From Malacoraja senta (Eukaryota): a stretch of 64,000 nucleotides of DNA. Location: the NCBI GenBank assembly GCA_038087875.1, contig CM075989.1:3720001-3784000 (forward strand), in the 5' to 3' direction. Every line of letters begins with the position of its first letter. Within the stretch, counting starts at the first letter, position 1. The notes beneath the pieces were generated by a model. That model ran no database searches. It was given only the letters and a program-made list of their open reading frames with translations, and was not told the origin of the DNA. This document shows positions 1 to 14,107 of the stretch, in pieces. The translations under genes were made by a program, and so were the position numbers.

Positions 1-239
1 TACAGGTTTGTAGGTTAATTGGCTTGACATCATTGTAAATTGTCCCTAGTGCGTGTAGGGTACTGTTAATGAGCGGGGATCGCTGGTCGACATGGACTCG
101 ATGGGCCGAAGGGCCTCTTTCCGCACTGTATCTCTAAACTAAACAATGGTTCTGCTTTCTGCCACGGCAGAAGGCCAAAGTCTTAAGCCATTACATACTG
201 TTATTTTTCATTTTTATAATTTCCTTCACTGCCTTTTAG

Positions 240-430
240 ACCGGTGCATCTCCCTTGGAGTGTTCAGATGTTGGATTTTGCGATCGCAGTCATTGTTTCC
301 AAAGGAATCTGCCAGGTGAGCATTCTGTGCCTCACGGATACATCGCAGAGGATCTCAGTGGATCCACAGTGTCGCCATCTGATGAGGAGGCAGAGGACAC
401 GGAGTTGTGCAGGAGTAAAGGGAAGAGCAG
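240..430 (+). CDS. KIF7: KIF7 internal exon (low-complexity linker, TGASPLEC...DEEAEDTELCRSKGKS)
   Basis: Polypyrimidine tract plus TAG acceptor at 237-239, donor GTACGA at 431. Open frame with an acidic patch; its phase-2 end joins the next exon in frame. Protein is poorly conserved, so support is mainly splice logic. Confidence 0.6.
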
Positions 431-2508
431 GTACGATATATCTCAACTGATACTCTCGGAACAGCTATGTTTCACCAGCATAATCAAGGACGAGTCGCAC
501 CCTGGTCCCTCCCTCTTCTCCCCTCTCCTATCAGGCAAACGTCGGGGGAGAAAAAAACTCGAGATATGGAACTCTCAGTCTGAATAAGGGTCTCGACCCG
601 AAACGTCACCCATTCCTTCTCTCCAGAGATGCAGCCTGTCCCGCTGAGTTACTCCAGCATTTTGTGTATCTTCGGTGTAAAACAGCATCTGCAGTTCCTT
701 CCCACACATCTTTTAATTAGGCTTAATCTAAAGTGACCAAAGCTCTTCATTGCACTCAATACTTCATTCAAACTTGCTTGTCACTCACATCTTCCAATGA
801 GATAGGTGGCCTCATTAAGAAACTTAGCTTGAGAAGCTGATACAATAGCTGGAGTAACTCAGTGGGACAGGCAGCATCACGGGAGAGAAGGAATGGGTGA
901 TGTTTCGGGTCGAGACCCTTCTTCAAACCCGAAACATCACCCATTCCTTCTCTCCAGAGACGCTGCCTGTCCCGCTGAGTTACTCCAGCATTTTGTGTCT
1001 ATCATCGGTGTATAACCAGCATCTGCAGTTCCTTCCTACATTGAGAAGCCTACTCTCAAGTGTCTTAATGCCCCTGTCCAACTTAGGCAATTTTTTAGGC
1101 GACTAGGCTGTCGCCACATGGTCGCCAGAGTGTCACCTGTATGGTCGTGAGTCGTCTCCTCAGTCGCCCAAAGAATCGTAACGTTTTTCTGGTCGCCGCT
1201 GGATTTTGAAATGTTCAAAACTTTTCGGCGACAGTTGGCTTGTCGTAGGTTGTCGCCAGGATGATGTAGGTTGCCACCAGTGCTGACTTCGGTGAATTCT
1301 ATTGGCGACTACCTACTTCAACCTACGTCAACCGGCGACAGGTACCGGCGACTGAATTGTCTTCATTTGTCGCCGACAGGGTCGTTACCTTGTCGTAACT
1401 TGTCGCGGGTGGACGTAGGTTGTCGTAGGTGTGGTCGTAGGTGGACGTCCTAATGGGTCGCCGGTTGTCGGTAGCTTGACGTCGACTAGGTGGTAGATTG
1501 TTGTAGACATTGTCTTAGGGGGGTCCAGTCGGCTTTTTTTCTGCTAGCCTGATGTTATGACATTACTATAGAAGTTGGCAAATCGGAGATCTGTACTACA
1601 CAAGAGTTATTGCCTTCAGGAAAAAAATGGACAATATATTTAGAAATAATTGTGTACGTTTGCAGGGCAGACGATTTACACCATAAAGGAAAGACTTTCT
1701 TAGGATTGCACTTTTATTCAAACAGTACAGCACAGGAACAGGCCTACAATATCTGTACCTGATATGATGACAAATTAAATATTCCCTCTGCTTGCGTGTG
1801 AACTACATCCCTCTATTCCCTGCACATCCAAGTGCCTGTTTAAAAACCTGTTGAATGCCACCGTCATACCCACTTCCACCCCCACCCCCCCAACAGGAAG
1901 CATGGTGGCACAGCGTTAGAGTTGCTGCCTTATAGCGCCGGAGACCCGGGTTCCATCCCGACTATGGGCGCTGTCTGTACGGAGATTGTACATTCTCCCC
2001 GTGACCTGCGTGGGTTTTCTCCGAGTTGTTCAGTTTCCTCCAACACTCCATAGACGTACAGGTTTTTAGGTATTGGCTTGGTATAAATTTAAATTGTCCC
2101 TCGTGTGCGGGGATCGCTGGTCGGTGTGGAACCGGTGGGCTGAAGGGCCTGTTTCCGCATTGTATCTCTAAACTAAACTAAACATTCCAGGCACCCACCA
2201 CCTTCTGTGTGTTTAACAAATAAACTTGCTCCATACATCTCCTTTAAACTTTGTTCCTCTCACCTTAAAGCTGTGCCCTTTCATCTTCAACATTTCCACC
2301 CTGGGAAATAGTTCTGACCGTCTACCCAATCTATGCATGTTGTATTTTTATAAACTTCTGAACATATATTCGTTTAACAAAGGTTAAAAATGAATGCAAA
2401 ATGTAATCAATGAATTAATATCTTTACGTTGCCTGTAAAGGGCAATGGGCATATTTGAAAAGGTTTAGTAGTGTTCTGATATCCAGAATCATTATTTGTC
2501 TCTAACAG

Positions 2509-2636
2509 ACGGCAGATCAATCGGACCTGGACGAAAAGGGACGTTCCTAGAATGAGCAGCATGGTGGACAATAGAGGCAGCCTCGTCCAACAGCAACACA
2601 GTGACTCGAGCAGTCCTCCGTCTGAAATACTGAAGT
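2509..2636 (+). CDS. KIF7: KIF7 internal exon (RQINRTWTKRDVPRMSS...SEILK)
   Basis: Acceptor ctaacAG, donor GTAAGT at 2637; phases (2 in, 1 out) fit both neighbouring exons. Confidence 0.7.
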
Positions 2637-4924
2637 GTAAGTATCTCTCAAGGTCTGGTTACTCATGAGTGGTTAGTGCTTCAATCAGAATTTCTTCGTT
2701 GCTATGTTAAATTCCAAACGTCTTACAACAAGGCTTCTCATGGAAGCTTCAGTCTCCGTCCAACCTGTGCCTCAATGGTGGTACACTCGTGGAATGGTGG
2801 AGCTGCTGCCTCGGAGCGTCAGAGTCCCAGGTTCAGTCCTGATCTTGGGTGATGTCTATGTGGAGTTTGCACGTTCTCTCCCTTTGACGACATGGGTTTC
2901 CTCCGGGTGCTCCGGTTTCCTCCCACATCTCAAAGACATGCGGGTATGTAGGTTAATTGGCCCCCTGTAAATTGTTCATAGAGTGTAGTGGGATAACTAA
3001 TGTGAATGGGTGATCCATGGGCGGCATGGACTCAGTGAGCCAAAGGGCAATGTTTCCATGCTGTATCTCTAAAACGTCCTTTCCTTAAGCCGGACTTTTC
3101 TCCCAATTACTGGTGTTATAAAATGCCAGTGTGTGGTTGTAGCCTGCTATGTCATGATGGATAGTCCACGGAAAACTGCCTGAGAATTGGGAGAAAGTTC
3201 TTCAACTGAGTCAGCCAAAAATCTGCACCTTGGTGTCCATCGATAGTTGGTAGTTGTAAATGTGAGAAATCTGAACTAGCAACAGTGCTGGACATACACA
3301 GCAGGTCCGAGATTGTCTGTTGAAGAGAGAAGGAAGAGTTAATGGTTCCCCTTGATGTTTAGTTTAGAGATACAGGGTGGAAACAGGCCCTTCGGCCCAC
3401 TGAGTCCGCACCGACCAACGATCCCCGCACACTAACACTATCCAACACACGGGACAATTTAGTATTTTATCAAGCCAATTCACCTACAAACCTGAATGTC
3501 TTTAGAGTGTGGGAGGAAACCGGAGCGCCCGGAGAAAACCCACACAGCTTCCACTTAAAAACAAATAAGATTATGGGCTGGAAATGATGGATACAAGGAA
3601 CTGCAAATGCTATTTTACAAAAAAAGACACAAAATGAGTGGGTCAGGCGACATCTCTGGAGAACAAGGGCAGGTGACATTTTGGGTTGGGGCCCTTCTTC
3701 AGACTGGGCTAGAAATTGTTGTGTGATACTTTGCTTTCCTCAGAGAGATTGATGTTCCAGAGCTGAATGAAATAATGTCCACTTCCATCTCACTTTGTGT
3801 CATTCAGAAACGTAATAAAACACATCCTTACCGTTAAATACACTGGAATTTCCACAAGGCTCCCCCTGGAAGCACCAGTCTCCATTCCACCCCTTGCCTG
3901 TCTCACTGCTGCCCCTAATCATCGGTCGTGTTTTAACCTTAATACCACGTGCTCGCAGCGTCAGGTACAGTGCAAAGCTTTTGTTGCATGCTAACCAGTC
4001 AGCGTAAAGACAATATACAAGTACAATCTAGCCATCCACAGTGTACAGATAGATGCATGATAAGGGAATATCATAAATAACATTGAGTGCAAGATAAAGC
4101 CAGTAAACCGATCAAAGATAGTCCGAGGGTCTCTAATGAGCTAGATGATAACTCACGACTGCCTCTAGTTGTTGGTGGGATGGTTCAGTTGCCTGATAAC
4201 AGCTAGGAAGAAATCCCCTGAATCTGGTGGTGTGCGTTTTCACACATGGGAGAGGGGAGTGTCCGGGTGTGCAATGCCTATTCAGTTGTCCGTGTAACCT
4301 TGGACTTCAGCATAGCTGAAGTTTGCAGTAGATGGAACGTGAATAGAGGTGAGCCTGCAGAAAGTTATGATGTCGTGCGACTGCTGCCCTGGCCCTACTC
4401 AGTGGGAACCTTGCACTGACAGGATGTGCAGTAGAATTTCTAGGTGAATCTATTTCATAAAAGCCCTACGTGTAGGAAAGGACTGCAGATGCTGGTTTAA
4501 ATCGAAGGTAGACACAAAATGCTGGAGAAAGAGATCAGTCTGAAGAAGGGTCTCGACACGAAACGTCACCCATTCCTTCTCTCGCGATATGCTGCCTGTC
4601 GTGCTGAGTTACTCCAGCATTTTGTGTCTACCTACTGCTTTTAAAAATAAAAATAAATCTATTGTTAATAAACTTGCTCAGTATGTTCCAATACTCCAGT
4701 TTGATGATAGAGTCATAGTCAGACAGCACAGAAACATGCCCTTCAGCCCAACTTGCCCATGCCAACCATGATCCTCCATCTACGCTACTTCCACATGTTT
4801 GGCCCATATCCCTCTAAACCTTTTCTATCCATGTACCAGTCAAAATGTCTTTTAAATGTCAATAGACAATAGGTGCAGGAGTAGGACATTGGGCCCTTCT
4901 GCCAGCAGCACCATTCACTGATCA

Positions 4925-6243
4925 TAGACAATAGGTGCAGGAGTAGGCCATTCAGCCCATTGAGCCTGCACCGCCATTCAATGTGATCATGGCTGATCAT
5001 CCCCAATCAGTACCCTGTTCCTGCCTTCACCCCAAATCCCCTGACTCCGCTATCTTTAAGAGCTCTATCCAACTCTCTCGTGAAAGCATCCAGAGAATTG
5101 GCCTCCACTGCCTTCTGAGGCAGAGAATTCCACAGATTACAACCCTCTGGGTGAAAAAGTTTTTCCTCATCTCCGTTCTAAATGGCTTACCCCTTATTCT
5201 TAAACTGTGGCCCCTGGTTCTGGACTCGCCCATCATCGGGAACATGTTTCCTGCCTCTAGCGTGTCCAAACCCTTAATAATCTTATGTTTCAAAAAGATC
5301 CCCTCTCGTTGGAGTGCAGCGGCGTGGACCCCTACAGCCTGTCTGTCTTTTTAAATTGTTTTTATTTGCGGCTAGTTAAATGTAGTTGTTTGTGGGGTTT
5401 TTTTGTACTGTTTTAATTGTGTATATGTGGGGGGAGGGGGAAACTTAAAAAAAATCTATTCCCTGCACGGGAGTCCCGGCCTTTTCCCTGTCGGGTCTCC
5501 GTTGTCGTTGGGGCCTAGCTCCGTGGAGCGGCCTCCGACCGGGACGACCTGGGGGCTCCAGTCGCGGAGCGTGCGGAGCTGCGGACTCGCCATCGTGGGG
5601 CTGGCCGTCCTCGGAGCGCGGGGAGCGGTGGTGACTCGTTGCTGCTCACTCCGGAGCTCCAGCTGCAGCTGCAGACCGGTGGACTGGGACATCGGGAGCT
5701 CGCGGGTCCGGGTGAGAGACCGCTTTCCGGAGCTCCCGCAACGCAACTTCTCCAGCTCGAGTCGCGGGGTTGGAACGACCCGGAGCGGGGCCGGTGCGGC
5801 TTTAATGTTAAAGCCGCGGGACATTCCAGCGCCCGCCGGGGCTCCAACTTGTGACTTTGGGCCCGGAGCGAGGCTGTACACCGCCCGGCGCGGCCTCAAC
5901 GGCCGTGGGACTTAACATTGCCCGCCTGGGGCTTCAACATCGGGAGAAAGATGGTGCAGGGGAGAGAAATGACTTTGCCTTCCATCACAGTGAGGAGGAG
6001 ATTCACTGTGATGGATGTTTTTCTGTAGATTGAATTGTTTGTGTGTCGTGTAGGAATTGTTTTGTTTGTATGGCTGTGGAAACGGAGTTTCGTTTGAGCC
6101 TCTTTGAGGTTCAAATGACAAGAAATAAAATCTAAAATCTAAATCTTCCAAATTCCAGAGTATACAAGCCCAGCCGCTCCATTCTATCCACATATGACAG
6201 TCCCGCCATCTCGGGAATTAACCTCGTGAACCTCCGCTGCATG
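4925..6243 (-). mobile_element. CR1 LINE 3' end (4925-5290, 6144-6243) interrupted by a GC-rich insert; near-identical 3' ends at 9262-9620 and 25166-25506
   Basis: MQRRFTRLIPEMAGLSY…GLYTLEF then KIIKGLDTLEAGNMFPM…TRGHSLRIRG. Confidence 0.82.
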
Positions 6244-6420
6244 AGGTTAATGTTGTTATAGTACCTGCCTCCACTATTTCCTCTGGCAGCTCGTTCCATA
6301 CGCCCATCACCATCTGACAGTAAAAGTTGTTCCATTTAACTCTGGGTAAAAGACTGTGCATCTACCCTATTTATTCCCCTCGTGATTTTGCATCTTAAAT
6401 CTTACTTTCCTATTCTACAG

Positions 6421-6615
6421 CTCCACACAGGATGGGAGACCACCACGAGGTCCACTGCCTTTCCTTTTCAAATGAATTCAGGGAAAGTTCGCCTGTGAGC
6501 CGTCCCAAGTTGGAGAATTCGGAGTGGAGGCTTGTCCAAGCGCAGCATAAGATGCGGGAACTGGCGATCAACATCCGTATGAAGGAGGAATTGATCAAAG
6601 AACTCGTCAAAACAG
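6421..6615 (+). CDS. KIF7: KIF7 exon ([33 protein letters not shown])
   Basis: Matches the recalled KIF7 motif [29 protein letters not shown] boundaries, phase 1/1. Confidence 0.93.
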
Positions 6616-7242
6616 GTGCAGGGGGTTAACTCCATATAGATTTATCAAACTGTTTTTTGCATTGACCTTTTCCCATTATCAACAAAACGCACATGAGGTA
6701 ATCCATCAACCTGATAATTTAATCTGTGTTTCTTCTGAAAATTGAAATAGCAGTCGATGAACAAAGACGGCAATATTCCAGGTCATATAATAGATCAATT
6801 GCTGTAATAAATAAATTAGTATATGTAATTAATCAATAGTATATTTGAATTGGTTTCCAATATGCACTGACTTTAATAATATAATTTTTATCGCATTGAG
6901 TTATTTTCTTCATAATTTTGTCAGATGACATTTTTGTTAACAAAACATCATAAATGTTGCCCTATCACAAAGTAAAAGGTTACTGTACATCGCTCTGACT
7001 GCACCTGTTAGCATATTATCAGGGCAGCACAGTTATCTCACTGCTTTTTGTCATCATTTTAATGCAGCAATCGAAATTTCTCACATTCAAAATGAAAGAT
7101 TATTGCATTTTAACGTTATCAGTTTTATCAGTTGAATTACGTTTGCGGCTTTAGCGAATTCTTTAAATGCAAAAACCATTTTGAAAATATGTGGCGGAAC
7201 TTCAACGCCTCTTCTAATTGCAGTTGACTCTTTGTGACCAAC

Positions 7243-8220
7243 ATAATAATAATAATAATAATAATAAATTTTATTTATGGGCGCCTTATACCAAAGTCTC
7301 AAGGACACCTTACAGAGTTTAACAAGTAAGAAACATATAATCGGAGTAAAATAAATTATAAAGACATCACCAGTACACAAATTAAAGACAGAATTCGATC
7401 CAAAGACACAAAAGAAAAAAAAAATCAGAAACACAATGTGAAGAGAGAGCAGCGGCAGCTAAACCGCGCCAGCATCCACTCTCCCTTCCGACCGCCATCT
7501 TGGACACAGACTAAAATAGACACTACATACAATAATCATCCCCCCACAATGGTTACCACTGTGGGGGAAGGCACAATGTCCAGTCCCCATCCCCAGTTCT
7601 CCCAAAGTCAGGCCTATTGAGGCCTCCGCTATTGCCTCTACGGAGGCCCGATGTTCCTGGCCGTTCTCGCCGGGTGCTGTTGCCCCGGCGTCAGGAGAGT
7701 CCTCTCAGCGGCTGGGCCACCTGGAACGGCCGCTTCCATTGCCGTAGACCGCAGCTTCCGAAGCCGACAAGGCCGCGCCGGTTTGGAGCTCCCAGGCTCC
7801 CGATGTTAAAGTCGGCGCCGCCCGCTCCTCTCCGCAGACCCGCAGCCCGGAGGTGTTGAGCTAGGCGGTCACAGCTCACCAGAGCTCCAGCGCGTCGATC
7901 CAGCGCGGCAACCCAGGCAAGGCATCGCCCGCTCCGCGATAGCGCTCCAGCGCTGTGCCGCCACCGAAGCTGAAGGTGCTGGGCAGTCTCCGCCAGGAAA
8001 CGGCTCTCCACGCCCACTGGTAGGCCACGAGGACGGGTCGACGGGGCAGCCCGGAGAAAAAGCTGCCTCACCGACCAGGTAGGGAGCTAGAAATAAGGTT
8101 ACCCCCTTGCCCCTACATTAAAAGTCTAGTTCTCCTACAGACAGCACACAAGACTAACTAAAACTACAACAAAAAAAAGTGAATTAAACGGACGGCTGCT
8201 GATTAGCAGCCGTTTACCAA
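7243..8220 (-). mobile_element. GC-rich non-coding retroelement-like composite with (TAT)n tail
   Basis: (AAT)n at 7243-7267 next to a minus-strand AATAAA; GC-rich body similar in style to 5440-5960. Family not identified. Confidence 0.5.
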
Positions 8221-8802
8221 GGAACTGTTGCTGTTTGAAACAAAAGCACACAAAGTGACTCAGCAGGGCAAGCAGCATCTCTGGAGCACATGGATAGGTA
8301 ATGTTTCGGTTTGGGACCCTTCTTCAGAGCACGGTGGTGCAGCAGTAGAGTTGCTGCCTTGCAGCGTCAGAGAGCCTGGGTTTGATCCTGACTACGGGTG
8401 CTGTCTGTACGGAGTTTGTATGTTCTCCCCTGAACCGCGGGGGGTTTTCCCGGGTGCTCCGGTTTCCTCCCACACTCCACAGGTTTGTAGGTTAATTGGC
8501 TTTGGTAAAAATATTAAATTGTCCCTAGTGTGTAGGATAGTGCTAGTGTACAGGTGACCGCTGGTCGGGGCGGGCCGGAGCGGTGTTTCTGTGCTGTATC
8601 TCTAAACTAAGGGTCCCAACCCGAAACGTCACCTATCCATGTTCTCCAGAGATGCTGCCTGAACCGCTGAGTTACTCCAGTACTTTGTGTTGTTAATTAT
8701 TATTAATCTGTCTGGATTTAGAAATTGTAAATGTCTTGTACTGTAAGTAATCCCATAAACTTTCAGTTAAACCATTTTTTTTTAACTTGCTTGAACGGCC
8801 AG

Positions 8803-9005
8803 GAAGAGATGCCCAGGTGATGAACAAGCAGTACTCTCGGAAGATTCGGGAGCTGGAACAAGAGGCGGAGCAGGAGAGGGCGGAGCTGAAAGAGGCTCAG
8901 AGGCAGCTGCGGGATCTGGAGGAGAAGGGGCCCAGTGACCCGATGGAGAGGACCAAGCTCCAGGAATACCATAAAAAAGTTGTGGCTGCTCAGAGCAAAG
9001 TACAG
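8803..9005 (+). CDS. KIF7: KIF7 exon (RDAQVMNKQYSRKIRELEQEAEQ...AAQSKVQ)
   Basis: KIF7 coiled-coil sequence; 203 nt, AG/GT, phase 1/0. Confidence 0.93.
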
Positions 9006-10015
9006 GTGTGTGAGGTGACGAGTTTGCTAACTTAACTCCCTTTGAATAATGTGGTCGTATCGCACACTGCAGATGCCATGAACAAGAGCAGGCTCCAATT
9101 CTGCAGAGTCGAGGTGATAAATAACACATTCAGTGGCGGATTGCACATTCGTGCACAAAGACTGGCCACTTTGGTGAAGTACCAGAAGGTAATTGCCTTC
9201 TGTAGACCCAGGATAGAGGGGAAAGAAAGTTTCCTTCAGCATTCCTAGGGCGCAACCCTGACAATAGACAATAGATAAAGGTGCAGGAGTAGGCAATTCG
9301 GCCCTTCGAGCCAGCACCGCCATTCAATGTGATCATTGCTGATCATCCCCAATCAGTACCCCGTTCCTGCCTTCTCCCCATATCCCCTGACTCCGCTATT
9401 TTTAAGAGCCCTATCTAGCTCTCTCATGAAAGTATCCAGAGAACCGGCCTCCACCGCCCTCTGAGGCAGAGAATTCCACAGACTCACCACTCTCTGTGAG
9501 AAAAAGTGTTTCCTCATCTCCGTTCTAAATGGCTTACTCCTTATTCTTAAACTGTGGCCCCTGGTTCTGGACTCCCCCAACATCGGGAACATGTTTCCTG
9601 CCTCTAGTGTGTCCAAGCCTCTAGTCTGACCTCGGGTGCTGTCTGTACAAAGTTGTATGTTCTCCCTGTGACTGCGTGGGTTTTCCCCGGGTGCTCCAGT
9701 TTCCTCCTACACTCCAAACATGTGGAGGTTTGTAGATTAATTTGCTTCTGTAAATTGTCCCGAGTGTGTAGGGTAGTGTTAGTGTATGGGGATCGTTGGT
9801 CGACGCAGACTCGGTGGGCCGAAGGGCCTGTTTCCACGCTGTATCTCTGAACTAAACCAAACGGAGACCAATAGAGGGGAAAGTAAATTTCCATCAGCAT
9901 TTAGGATCTATACTCACTGTCATACAGTTCCATTTCCTGCTTCAAAAGGTAAGCACTGAATGATTTTATTTTGTACGCAAGCTGCAGCTAATCTTGGCCT
10001 TCATCTTGTTGCCAG

Positions 10016-10213
10016 GCGCTGAGTCAGAAGAAGCGGGACACAGAGCGGCTTGTGTCCCTCTCGTCACAGAGCGAGCGCCGCATCCACGAGATGGAGAGAA
10101 ACGTGCAGCTGATGAAGCAGCAACAGGCGCACCTGCAGAAGAAATTGAAAGAGGAAATGCACCAGAAAAGGCGATTTGAAACGGAGATGCACAGAGGAAA
10201 ACATCGCGTGCAG
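10016..10213 (+). CDS. KIF7: KIF7 exon ([37 protein letters not shown]...KHRVQ)
   Basis: Translated by hand (a different frame from the listed ORF); 198 nt, AG/GT, phase 0/0. Confidence 0.93.
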
Positions 10214-13044
10214 GTGAACCTTGGTGTTTAGTTTAGAGACGAAGCATAAAAATTAGGTCAAAGTGCTGGGGTAACTCAGCGGGACAGGCAGCATCTCCGG
10301 AGAGAAGGAATGGGTGATGTTTCGGGTCATAGAAACATAGAAAATAGGTGCAACACCGCCATTCATTGTGATCATGGCTGACCGTCCCCAATCAATAACC
10401 CGTGCCTGCCTTCTCCCCATATCCCTTGATTCCACTAGCCCCTAGAGCTCTATCTAACTCTCTCTTAAATCCATCCAGTGACTTGGCCTCCACTGCCCTC
10501 TGTGGCAGGGAATTCCACAAATTCACAACTCTCTGGGTGAAAACGTTTTTTCTCACCTCAGTTTTAAATGGCTTCCCCTTTATTCTAAGACTGTGGCCCT
10601 TCTTCACCTGAAACGTCACCCATTAACAGTCTGAAGAAGGGTCTCACATCTCTCCAGAGATGCTGCCCGTCCCGCTGAGTTACTCCAGCATTTTGTGTGG
10701 AGTAAACCAGCATCTGCAGTTCCTTCCTACATATAAAAACAGGCCCTTTGGCCCACCGAGTCCATGCCGACAATCAATCACCCATTCACACTGGTTGTTT
10801 GTTGTCCCACTTTCGAGTCCATTCCCGACACACTAGGGGACAATTTACAGAGGCCAATTAAACTACAAACCCAAATGTCATTGGGATGTGGGAGAAAACC
10901 CATGTGGTTACAGGAAGCATGTGTAAATTCTACACAGACAGCACCCGAGACCAGGATTGAACCCGGGTCTCTGGTGCTGTGAGGCATCAATCATAATCAT
11001 ACTTTATTAGCCATGTTTTGCAACATACGAGGAATTTGATTTGCCATACAGTCATACCATTAAAAAGCAACAAAACACACAAAATACATTTTACCATGAT
11101 CATCCCCCACAGTGACTCCTCCACATTCCTCACTGTGATGAAAGGCGGAAAAAAAGTTCAATCTCTACCCTTCCTTGTTCTCCCATGGTCGGGGACCTCG
11201 AGCCTTCCGTTGACGGGCCGATCTTGGCTCCCGCAGCCGGCGGCGTTCGGGCCGTCTGCGTTCAGGGCGATCAACTCTTCACTCTGTGAGGACAGAAAGT
11301 AATATATATTGGATTTTCACTCGTTATCTTGAGCAGCCTTCATTGTTTCCTTGTAGTTGAAGGATCAAGCACAAGATATCAGGTCAGTTTAGTTTAGAGA
11401 TACTGTGTGGAATCTGGCCCTTCGGCCCACAGAGTACGGGCCGACCAACAATCCCCACATACTAGTGCTATCCTACACGGGCCAATTTTACCGAAGCCAA
11501 TTAATCTACAAACCTGCACGTCTTTGGAGTGTGGGAGGAAACCGGAGCACCTGGAGAAAACCCACAGGGAGAACGTACAAACTCCGGACAGACAGCACCC
11601 ATAGTCAGAATCAAACTCATGTCTCTGGTGCTGTAAGGCAGTAATTCTGTGCTATCGAGGCCACCATTTCAACTGTTATTGAAAGATTTGTTTCTTTGGA
11701 TTGGGAACTGTTTAATCAGCATGAAGAGCACCTGTAAAGCTGCTCCAAGCCAAGAGCTGAATGTTTATACAGCTGTACCCCAGGAATAGAGCAGCTTTTC
11801 AGCCCATAGGGTCTCCATAAAGAACTCTCCCATTTGGGAAGTGTACAGAACCACCGTACAATGCCTTCACCTCAGCAGTTATAGCACGCACTGAGAAGGA
11901 GTGCCAGACAGGGATGTGCTGGTCATGAATTTCCAGTCCCCTACCCAGTCACTCACTTCCCCCACCAACTCTGACCTGAGGGTCCTAGGACAGTACATCA
12001 TGGGAACAAGGCATCTAGCCCATGTTGTCTGTGCCGACCATGATGCTAATCCAAACTCTTCTGTCCTTCTCTATCTTTCAGTCTGAAGAAGGTTTCCGAC
12101 CCAAAACCTTGCCTATTCCTTATCCAGAGATGCTGCCTGGCCCACTGTGTTACTCCAGCATTTTGTGTCTATGTTCGCTATAAACCAGCATCTGTAGTTC
12201 CTTCCTACACAAACTAATCTAATCTGATCTGCAAAAACATATCCGTACCCCTCCATTCCATGCCTGTTCATGTGGCGGTCTAAATGCTTCTTAAAGTTGC
12301 TATTATAACTGCTACAATCACTTACCCTGACAACATATTCCTGACATCTACCACCCTGAGTAAAAAACACTTGCGGCCTTGTAAATCTTTAAACTTTTCT
12401 CCACTCACCTTAAACCTATTTGGCGTTTCTACTCTGGGAAAATTACTCTATCTAGCCTTTCTGTACCACTCTTAATTTTATATACTTCTATTAGGTCTCC
12501 CCTCAGTATCCTACGCTCCAAACAAAGCAATCCAAGTTTGTCCAATCTCTCGTTCCAGCTAATGACCCGGGTCTCTGGCGCTGTGAGGCAGCAGGTCTAC
12601 CAGGTGCGCTGTCGTGCCGCCCTGTAACCAAAGCATTTGAAATGTTAAAGACTGATACTGACCTCCCCTTCATTGAAGGGATTTACAGGAGTTGCTGCCT
12701 CAAAATGGCAGCCAGCATCAGAGACCCACCCCACCCTGGCCACTCACTCATTTCACTCCTGCCATCGGGAAGAAAATATAGGCGCCTAAAACTAGCGTCC
12801 AAGTTCAGGAACAGCTTCGTCCAAACAACCATCGGGCTATTAAACACTACAATCTCCAAATAAGCTCTGAACTACATAGGTTTTGTCTTTTGGCACTGTT
12901 ATTGTTTGTTGGTTCGTTTTATGTGTGTGTGTATGTATATATATATATATATATATAACTTTTTTTTGTTTATTATATTGTGTACAGAGTACTATGATCA
13001 CATGTTTAAGAAAGAACTGCAGATGCTAGAAAAATCGAAGGTAG

Positions 13045-13337
13045 TGTAGAGGCACCAAACGTCGTGAATAAACGGTTTCATGCACGTTTAGTCCCCTAAC
13101 ACAAAAGTCCTTGTTGCTGCTGCGAGGCTGTTGCCTTGTGGGCTCGAGTTGAGCTCTTACTGAGGTGGCAGGACACTCGCGCGAAGAGAGAGGGTTGACC
13201 CGGGGTTTGTTATATATCCCAAGACACACCCCTATACCCCGTGACAACTCCTCCCCGCCATTGCCCAGTCACGTGACCCTACCCCCGACTGCTGAGGGTT
13301 CGTGTAGCAAGTGGCCCAGCCACCGGGCGCTGCCACA
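13045..13337. mobile_element. Solo LTR (293 bp)
   Basis: TGT…ACA ends, 4-bp TSD GTAG (13041-13044 and 13338-13341); cleanly interrupts a short repeat; TATA-like run at ~13210. Confidence 0.85.
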
Positions 13338-13819
13338 GTAGACAAAAATGCTGGAGAAACTCAGCGGGTGAGGCAACATCTATGGAGCGAAGGAATAGGT
13401 GACGTTTCGGGTCGAGACCCTTCTTCAGACTGATGTGGGACTGACATTAGTCTGAAGAAGGGTCTCGACCTGAAACGTCACCTATTCCTTCGCTCCATAG
13501 ATGTTGCCTCACCCGCTGAGTTTCTCCAGCATTTTTGTCTAACTATGATTACATATTCTGTTTTGCTGCTGTGGCAAAATGATAATAGATATCCGTATTC
13601 AGAAAGCAGGGGTTTGGAGAAACAAAGAAAAGTACAGAGAGAGGATTGGGGAATGACACAAAGAAGCTGGCGTAACGCAGCGGGTCAGACAGCATCTCTG
13701 GAGAAAAGGAATAGGTGATGTATTGCATCGAGACCCCACTTCAGACTGTGTGACATTTCAGACAAAATGTAATATGTTGTAGAGATGGTGTCCATGATAA
13801 CAAGATGAGGAAATAATAG

Positions 13820-14107
<288 letters not shown>

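Noticed and set aside
5403..8071. Clusters of 100-170 aa ORFs at 5403-5915 and 7617-8071
   Set aside because: They lie in GC-rich repeat inserts, show no domain motifs and do not fit the KIF7 splice chain.
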